From NCBI GenBank assembly GCA_963829525.1, contig CAWHIJ010000003.1:2304001-2368000 (forward strand): a DNA stretch of 64,000 nucleotides, read 5' to 3'. The position numbers and the translations under genes were made by a program. The notes beneath the pieces were generated by a model. That model was not told where the DNA came from. It ran no database searches and saw only the letters and a program-made list of their open reading frames with translations. Positions 57,948-64,000 of the stretch are shown in pieces (positions within the stretch are counted from its first letter, which is position 1; every line of letters starts with the position of its first letter). This stretch comes from an uncultured Actinomycetota bacterium. Its GTDB lineage: Bacteria; Actinomycetota; Actinomycetes; JAHEKZ01.

Positions 57948-58856
57948 TCAGCTGGCGATGCGCCGTTGCGCGTCGCCAACTCGGGATGACAGCGTGCCGT
58001 CGATCAGTTCGCCGCCGAGGCTGATCCGCAGCCCGCCGACGACTTCTGGGTCAATCACTACGTTGATTTGGACATCGAACCCAAGCTGCGCAGACAGTGC
58101 ACCGGCAAGCCGGTCACGCTGCTGTTCAGTGAGCGCTACGGCGGCAGTCACGGTCGCGACCTGTCGCTGGCGCCGGGCCGCCGCAGCACCAGCGAGGGAG
58201 TCCAGATTGGCCTCCAACGACCGACCCCGCGGTTCGGTGACTACGTGATCGATCAACCGCGCCGACTCCACCGTTGTCTTCTCCTTGAGAAGCTCGGTGA
58301 CGAGGTCGGACTTGCGCTCGACAGGCAGTGCCCGGTCGGTCAAGGCCAGTCGCAGCTCAGGCTGAGCCACGACGATGCGAGCGAATCGGAAGAGCTCGTC
58401 CTGCACCTCGGCGAGCCGGTCGTGCCGTTGCGCCGAGACAAGAACTGCCTCGATCCCGAGCTGGGTGACCGCCTCAGCCAGGTCGCGCGGCTTGGACCAG
58501 CGTGACCGAGTCATTCCGGAGACCAGGTCAACGACCTGGTCAGGGACCTTCCCCCCGAACAGTCCCTGAACCAGGGCCGCCTTGTCGTCACCGCTGCGGG
58601 CCGGGTCAGTCAACGCACTGCGCAGTGATGGCTGGGCGTCGAGGAGCGTCGCGACCGCGAACAGGGCGTCCCCGATCCCGAGCGGGCCGGCTACTGGCAG
58701 CACCGACTCGACGCGCTGGGCGACCGACGGCATGAACCGCCCCACCCAGTGGGTCGCTCGCTCGGCAACGTCTCCGGCCTCGGTGATGGGGGACACGAGA
58801 AGTCCGTCCAACCGCTCAGTGGCGGCGGACAACGACTCGCGGCTCGCTCCTTGCAT
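57948..58856 (-). CDS. atpH: ATP synthase delta subunit (with N-terminal insertion)
   Basis: MQGASRES, RSALTDP, RWS, DPEVVGGLRI...IDGT. Confidence 0.93.
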   Translation of the reverse strand: MQGASRESLSAATERLDGLLVSPITEAGDVAERATHWVGRFMPSVAQRVESVLPVAGPLGIGDALFAVATLLDAQPSLRSALTDPARSGDDKAALVQGLFGGKVPDQVVDLVSGMTRSRWSKPRDLAEAVTQLGIEAVLVSAQRHDRLAEVQDELFRFARIVVAQPELRLALTDRALPVERKSDLVTELLKEKTTVESARLIDHVVTEPRGRSLEANLDSLAGAAAARRQRQVATVTAAVALTEQQRDRLAGALSAQLGFDVQINVVIDPEVVGGLRISLGGELIDGTLSSRVGDAQRRIAS

Positions 58857-59395
58857 CAGTTGGACCGTCCCGATGGCTGGCTCTCGAGATCGGCCAGAAA
58901 GCGGTCGATGACACGCTGCTGGCGCTCGTCGTCGTCGAGGGACTCGCCGACGATCTTGGCGGCCAGCTGACTGGCAAGCGTGCCCACCTCTGCGTGCAGT
59001 GAGGCGACCGCCGACGAGCGCTCGGCCTCGATCTGGGCCTGGGCATTGGCGACCAAACGGTCGGCCTCAGCCTGCGCCTGCTGCCGCATCTCCACGAGGA
59101 TCGCTGCGCCTTGCGTGCGGGCTTCCTCGCGAATCTGACCTGCCTCACCGCGGGCATCGGCCAACTGTGCTTGGTACTGCTCAAGGGCGGCAGCGGCGCT
59201 CGCCTGCGCCTCTTCTGCCTTCGCGAGCCCGCCTTCGATGGCCTCGGTCCGCTCCGCATAGGCCTTCTCGAATCGTGGCACGACGACCTTCGCCACGAAC
59301 CAGAAGAGAATGCCGAACGTGAGCAACGCGACCACGATCTCCGCGGTCTTCGGCACGAGAGGGTTGATCTCTGCAACCAGCACGGTCATGAGCAT
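58856..59395 (-). CDS. atpF: ATP synthase b subunit
   Basis: NPLVP, TM helix, ERTEAIEGG coiled coil, KIVGESL. Confidence 0.95.
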   Translation of the reverse strand: MLMTVLVAEINPLVPKTAEIVVALLTFGILFWFVAKVVVPRFEKAYAERTEAIEGGLAKAEEAQASAAAALEQYQAQLADARGEAGQIREEARTQGAAILVEMRQQAQAEADRLVANAQAQIEAERSSAVASLHAEVGTLASQLAAKIVGESLDDDERQQRVIDRFLADLESQPSGRSN

Positions 59396-59429
59396 GTCCC
59401 CAGGTAGTTTCGATCGTCGGCCAGAAGGG

Positions 59430-59663
59430 TTACTTCAAGAAGAACGGAGCAACCAGACCGATCAGGGCCAGCGCCTCGATCAGCGCGAATGCGGTGAACG
59501 CCCAGGTGCGGAGAATGTTCAGCGCCTCCGGCTGGCGAGCAATGCCGCTGATGAAGGCAGCAAAGACCAGTCCCGCACCGATACCAGAACCGATGGCGGC
59601 GAGACCAAAGGTGACCGGAGTCAGGTTGCCTGAGAGCGCCAGGACGTTGGATGAGAAATCCAT
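59430..59663 (-). CDS. atpE: ATP synthase c subunit
   Basis: GxGxG motif, ARQPE loop, FALIEAL carboxylate. Confidence 0.96.
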   Translation of the reverse strand: MDFSSNVLALSGNLTPVTFGLAAIGSGIGAGLVFAAFISGIARQPEALNILRTWAFTAFALIEALALIGLVAPFFLK

Positions 59664-59708
59664 TGGGTGTTCCCTTTCGGTTCGTGACGCGCCAGTTGCG
59701 TCATCGGT

Positions 59709-60494
59709 CTAGTGACCCTCGTTCACGGCGCCGCTGATGTACAGCGCCGTGAGGAGAGCGAAAATGTAGGCTTGGAAGAGTTCGATAAAGAGCTCGAAAA
59801 GACTCATGACGATGGCCACCCCGCCGGTGAGCAGCCCAGCGGCCTTCAGCGCTGGATTGGCTGCCTCAAAGATCATGTACTCGGCCCCGGTGACGAACAC
59901 CAGAAGCAGCATGTGCCCGGCGAACATGTTGGCGAAGAGTCGCAGGGTCAGCGTGAAGGGCCGGATGAACAGAATCGTCAGCAGCTCGATCGGTGCGAGG
60001 ATCGGATAGACAAACCAAGGGACCCCTGGGATGAACATGACGTCTTTGAAGTAGCGGACGAAACCCTGACGCCGGATTCCAGCGACGTTGTAGACCACCA
60101 GAACGATGATGGCCAGCACCATCGGGAACGCGATGTGTGCCATCGGGGGAAATGAGACGAACGGCGTCACACCGAACACGTTGTTCACCATGATGAAGGT
60201 GAACAACGTGAAGAGGAGCGGCACGAAGTTCATGAACTCCTTCGAACCGATGATGTCGCGGCCAATCCCGTTGCGAACGAAGTTGTACAGCAGCTCGCCA
60301 GTGAACTGCATGCGCCCTGGCACCATTGCCGGACGACGCACAGCAGCCCACAGGAACGCACTGATGATGAAGACGCTGACAATCACCAGCAGAATGGCTT
60401 TGTCGAACCATGCCACTTGCCCAAAGATTTCTGGTGGGAAGACCTCTTCAGCACCGGGAGGGACGTAGCCGTCGGCGACGAACGAACCGATCAC
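59709..60494 (-). CDS. atpB: ATP synthase a subunit
   Basis: RPFTLTLRLFANMFAGH, FQAYIFALL. Confidence 0.96.
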   Translation of the reverse strand: MIGSFVADGYVPPGAEEVFPPEIFGQVAWFDKAILLVIVSVFIISAFLWAAVRRPAMVPGRMQFTGELLYNFVRNGIGRDIIGSKEFMNFVPLLFTLFTFIMVNNVFGVTPFVSFPPMAHIAFPMVLAIIVLVVYNVAGIRRQGFVRYFKDVMFIPGVPWFVYPILAPIELLTILFIRPFTLTLRLFANMFAGHMLLLVFVTGAEYMIFEAANPALKAAGLLTGGVAIVMSLFELFIELFQAYIFALLTALYISGAVNEGH

Positions 60495-60799
60495 CGACTA
60501 TCTCCTTCAGCCATGGGGGGACTGCTCCCGTTCTGCTCTTCGACCAACACGTCGGACGGCACACGCACGACTCTCAGATACACCAGGTACCCACCCGCTA
60601 GGCACCCCACGACGATGCCGAGTGGTGTCAGCACGCCCGTATGGAGCGAGCGGTCCAGCCAAACACCAACCCCACCAAAAATGAGAAGCCCGGCAAGGAT
60701 GTATCCGCCAGCCGCCTCCGCACTAGCTGAGGTTGACCCTGATCTCATACCCCCTGATGCACTGCCAGGAGTACGTCCAGGAAGGTCTGCCTGATCCAT
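60491..60799 (-). CDS. AtpZ/AtpI-family small membrane protein
   Basis: GYILAGLLIFGGVGVWLDR...GGYLVYLR; directly upstream of atpB. Confidence 0.78.
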   Translation of the reverse strand: MDQADLPGRTPGSASGGMRSGSTSASAEAAGGYILAGLLIFGGVGVWLDRSLHTGVLTPLGIVVGCLAGGYLVYLRVVRVPSDVLVEEQNGSSPPMAEGDSR

Positions 60800-60869
60800 G
60801 GTGTGAGGAATGTAGCAGCCGGGACATGAGGGCCACAAAGCGAGTCCGGGCCCATCGCTGTGAGACCTA

Positions 60870-61346
60870 TCACGCTGCCGGCGGGTCATCCTCCTGGGTA
60901 GTTCTTGGTGCGTCCGCGGCAGGTAGGTCGAAGTAGAAGGAACGGGTGCGTATGGATGCCACCGTCAATGCCACAACCCCGGTCACTGTGGTGACGACCA
61001 CCGTCACAGCCGAGGCATGCAGGTCAAGGGTCGTCCAGCGGGAAAGGGCCCACAGCGCAGCCGCGATGAACAGGACCTTGAACACATACTCAGTCAGGAG
61101 CGCCAAGGCGGTGAAGGCTGGCGGCATGTGGCGGATGGCCCGTAGCACCAGGACGTCGACACCGAAGAAGAAGACCACGAGTCCGAGCCCAGCCAGGGCA
61201 GCCAGGGCGGCCCCGACGCCGTCGGCCAGCAGAAAGAACATGATGGAGATGACCCCGGCCGCCAGAGCCCAGGGGGCCGACTGACGCAGCAACGCACCGG
61301 CCAGATGCTCCGATCTCAATCCGCTGGACGACGCATTCGACATCAC
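60870..61346 (-). CDS. ATP synthase protein I-like membrane protein
   Basis: Four TM helices, YVFK motif; usual position between wecA and the atp operon. Confidence 0.7.
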   Translation of the reverse strand: MMSNASSSGLRSEHLAGALLRQSAPWALAAGVISIMFFLLADGVGAALAALAGLGLVVFFFGVDVLVLRAIRHMPPAFTALALLTEYVFKVLFIAAALWALSRWTTLDLHASAVTVVVTTVTGVVALTVASIRTRSFYFDLPAADAPRTTQEDDPPAA

Positions 61347-62425
61347 CGATCACTCCTCACTGGGCGGCGGGTCAAGACGATGGCGAAGAGCAGAATGCCG
61401 AGGCCAACGAGGAGACCGACTTCAACGCCGGCGAAAGCCGCAGTGGCTGCCCCAACGGCGAGGGCGCTGGCCCAGAGGTACATGACCAGGACCGCCTGCC
61501 GCTGGCTGTGCCCGATCTCGAGCAGGCGGTGATGCAGGTGCTGCTTGTCCGGCGCAAACGGCGAGCGTCTCGCTCTCGTTCGCCGCACCACCGCGAGAAG
61601 CAGGTCCACGAGAGGAACTGCGAGCACGGCGAATGGCAGGAGCAGAGGCATCAGCGCTGGGAGCAGTGTCGCGTCAACGGAGTAGGGGTCGATCTTGCCG
61701 GTCAAGGTGATCACCGACGCTGACAAGAGCAGGCCAGCCAGCATCGAGCCCGAGTCACCCATGAAAATCCGAGCCGGGTTGAAGTTGTGGGGCAAGAAGC
61801 CGGCGCAGATCCCCGCCAGAACGCTGGAGAGGAGGGCGGCGGTCGTCGCCCTGTCGATTCCTTGGTCTACCGAAAGCAGGTAGGCGAAGGCGAAGAAGGC
61901 CAGCGAGCCGATGCCGATGATACCGGCGGCGAGGCCGTCGAGTCCGTCGACGAAGTTGATTGCATTCACCGTCACGACAACGAGCAGCACCGTCAGAATG
62001 ACGCTGGCGTTGTATGGAAGAACTGTGACGCCGTTGAACGGCAGCCAGAGCAGCTGAACTCCGAGCAGCACCATCACACCGGCCGCAATGATCTGGCCCG
62101 CTGCCTTGGTGAGGGCGTCCAGGCCCCAGATGTCGTCGATGACTCCGACCAGGAAGATCAAGGTCCCTCCGGCGATCACCGCCCAAGCGTCTCGAGATTC
62201 GGTGAAGACGGCCGAGACGAACCCGAGCTGGCTGGCCACGAGCATCCCGGCCAGGAACCCGAGGTACATCGCGACACCACCCAGTCGCGGGATCGGAACA
62301 TCGTGCACGTCGCGGTCGCGGATCTCGGCCATGACGTGCCACCTGACTGCGTACCAGCGGACCACCGGCACCGTGACGTAGGTGATCGCAGCTGATGCGA
62401 GCAGAACCAGGAGGTACTCGCGCAC
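61343..62425 (-). CDS. Polyprenyl-phosphate GlcNAc-1-phosphate transferase (WecA/MraY family)
   Basis: RDVHDVPIPRLGG, GVIDD, NAINFVDGLDGL, IFMGDSG, HLHHRL; GTG start 62425. Confidence 0.93.
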   Translation of the reverse strand: MREYLLVLLASAAITYVTVPVVRWYAVRWHVMAEIRDRDVHDVPIPRLGGVAMYLGFLAGMLVASQLGFVSAVFTESRDAWAVIAGGTLIFLVGVIDDIWGLDALTKAAGQIIAAGVMVLLGVQLLWLPFNGVTVLPYNASVILTVLLVVVTVNAINFVDGLDGLAAGIIGIGSLAFFAFAYLLSVDQGIDRATTAALLSSVLAGICAGFLPHNFNPARIFMGDSGSMLAGLLLSASVITLTGKIDPYSVDATLLPALMPLLLPFAVLAVPLVDLLLAVVRRTRARRSPFAPDKQHLHHRLLEIGHSQRQAVLVMYLWASALAVGAATAAFAGVEVGLLVGLGILLFAIVLTRRPVRSDR

Positions 62426-62477
62426 GCCGCTTCCTTGTCCTTCCGGTGAACCCGGGACAGTCCCGCTGCTCGGCAGG

Positions 62478-63767
62478 CTACGCCGAAGGCTCCGGGTACG
62501 CGGGGAACTTCTCGACGAGTGCTTTGACCTGCTCGGCGACGGCTGCCGCCTCGACGCGCCCCGACTCGGTCTCGATGTCGGCCTTGATCGCCCGGCCAAT
62601 TAGCGAGGCGACCTCCTTCATCTCCGACGTGCCCATGCCTTGGGTGGTCACCGAAGGGGTTCCCACCCGGATCCCCGAGGCCACCATCGGCTTGGCCGGG
62701 TCAAAGGGGATCGAGTTCTTGTTCAAGGTGATCCGAGCGGCATCGCAGCGCGTCTCGGCGTCGCGTCCGGTGACGTCAACGCCACGCAGGTCGATGAGTG
62801 CCAGGTGGGTGTCGGTTCCCCCCGACACCGGCCGCATGCCCTCCGCCTCAAGCTCGGCGGCCAACGACTGGGCGTTTGCGATGACCTGCTTGGCGTACTG
62901 CCGGTAGGCAGGGGACGCGGCCTCCTTCAGCGCCACGGCCTTGGCGGCCACGACGTGCATGAGCGGACCTCCCTGAAGGAAGGGGAAGACGGCCTTGTCA
63001 ATCTTGGTGGCCAGTTCCTCACGGCAGAGGATCATTCCCCCCCGGGGCCCGCGTAGCACCTTGTGCGTGGTGAAGGAGACGACGTCGGCGTAGGGAACCG
63101 GCGAGGGTATGGCCTTGCCTGCCACCAACCCGATGAAGTGCGCGGCGTCCACCATGAGGTAGGCACCCACCTCGTCGGCGATCTCCCGGAAGGCGGCGAA
63201 GTCGATCAAGCGCGGGTACGCGGTGGCACCCGCAATGATCATCTTGGGCCGGTGTTCGCGGGCCTGGGCACGCACGTGGTCGTAGTCGATCGTCTCGCTG
63301 CCCTCGAGAACGCCGTATGAGACGTTGTTGAACCACTGACCCGAGAAGTTGACCGGCGATCCGTGCGTCAAGTGGCCACCATGCTTGAGATCCATGGCAA
63401 GCACCGTGTCGCCCGGTTTGCACAGTGCCGCGTAGACAGCGAGGTTGGCGGAGGCACCCGAGTGGGGCTGGAGGTTGGCATGGTCGGCCCCAAAGAGCTC
63501 CTTGGCCCTGGCGATGCCGATCTCCTCCGCGACGTCGACATCTGCGCAGCCACCGTAGTAGCGACGTCCGGGGTATCCCTCGGCGTACTTGTTCGACAGC
63601 GTCGACCCGGTGGCAGCCAACACAGCGGGTGACGTGAAATTCTCGCTGGCGATCAGCTGAAGCCCACCACGGAGACGATCAAGCTCATCGAGAACAACCC
63701 CAGCAATCTCAGGATCCGACTGCTGTAGTGCGACGAAGTCTGGGCCCCAGTACGGCGTGCTACTCAT
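62478..63767 (-). CDS. glyA: Serine hydroxymethyltransferase
   Basis: LIASENF, NKYAEGYPGRRYYGG, TTHKVLRGPRGG. Confidence 0.97.
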   Translation of the reverse strand: MSSTPYWGPDFVALQQSDPEIAGVVLDELDRLRGGLQLIASENFTSPAVLAATGSTLSNKYAEGYPGRRYYGGCADVDVAEEIGIARAKELFGADHANLQPHSGASANLAVYAALCKPGDTVLAMDLKHGGHLTHGSPVNFSGQWFNNVSYGVLEGSETIDYDHVRAQAREHRPKMIIAGATAYPRLIDFAAFREIADEVGAYLMVDAAHFIGLVAGKAIPSPVPYADVVSFTTHKVLRGPRGGMILCREELATKIDKAVFPFLQGGPLMHVVAAKAVALKEAASPAYRQYAKQVIANAQSLAAELEAEGMRPVSGGTDTHLALIDLRGVDVTGRDAETRCDAARITLNKNSIPFDPAKPMVASGIRVGTPSVTTQGMGTSEMKEVASLIGRAIKADIETESGRVEAAAVAEQVKALVEKFPAYPEPSA

Positions 63768-63815
63768 GCTGATCTCCTGCGGACGGCCGGCGTGCGAACA
63801 ACAACGCCCTTCACT

Positions 63816-64000
63816 CTAGCCAGCCGGGGTATCGCGCGGCTCCCCGATCAGGAAGGGAACAATTTGCTCCACGGCACTCGCGATTGCTTCGGCGCGCTCG
63901 TGGTAGACCGCCAAGGGGGCGCCCAGCGGGTCATCGAGATCGTCAACTTCGTCTTCACTTCGAGAGACTGTGCCGCGCATTTGGGCCGCCCATGCCACGA
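63816..64000 (-). CDS. C-terminal fragment, probably low-molecular-weight phosphatase/arsenate-reductase family
   Basis: DDLDDPLGAPLAVYHERAEAIASAV (DP motif); usual position upstream of glyA; 5' end outside window. Confidence 0.55.
   Translation of the reverse strand, partial: VAWAAQMRGTVSRSEDEVDDLDDPLGAPLAVYHERAEAIASAVEQIVPFLIGEPRDTPAG

Overview
High-GC actinobacterial chromosome segment that is mostly core genome. In order it carries ilvC(5' end)-ilvN-ilvB with a leader-peptide attenuator, ilvD, trmB, gatCAB, a membrane GGDEF-EAL protein, ligA, mnmA with a cysteine desulfurase, and etfBA. Next is an extended B12/acyl-CoA region (icmA, meaB, thiolase, mce, ccrA, meaA/ecm, two hydroxyacyl-CoA dehydrogenases, PduO-type adenosyltransferase), interleaved with nucS and murA and followed by the complete atp operon, a WecA/MraY-family gene and glyA. 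About a dozen genes, including normally essential ones, carry single-base frameshifts that look like long-read assembly indels rather than biology. Accessory inserts are a peroxiredoxin, a DUF222-HNH (13E12-like) element, an ssu-like ABC/Rrf2/TauE sulfur cassette, a matrixin protease, a two-component module with a secreted protein, and a BBOX-like dioxygenase. The best novelty candidate is the DUF222-HNH element: it has an exact PafBC/RecA-NDp-type DNA-damage promoter, a ~150-nt structured 5' leader, mirrored GT/AC compositional skew and a possible 7-bp target duplication. Other candidates are a beta-propeller/ubiquitin-like (GG) gene pair coupled to trmB, a duplicated nucS fragment flanking an orphan ORF, and apparent insertions in LigA and ATP synthase delta. 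No rRNA, tRNA or CRISPR array was seen. All family assignments are from motif recognition; no searches were run.
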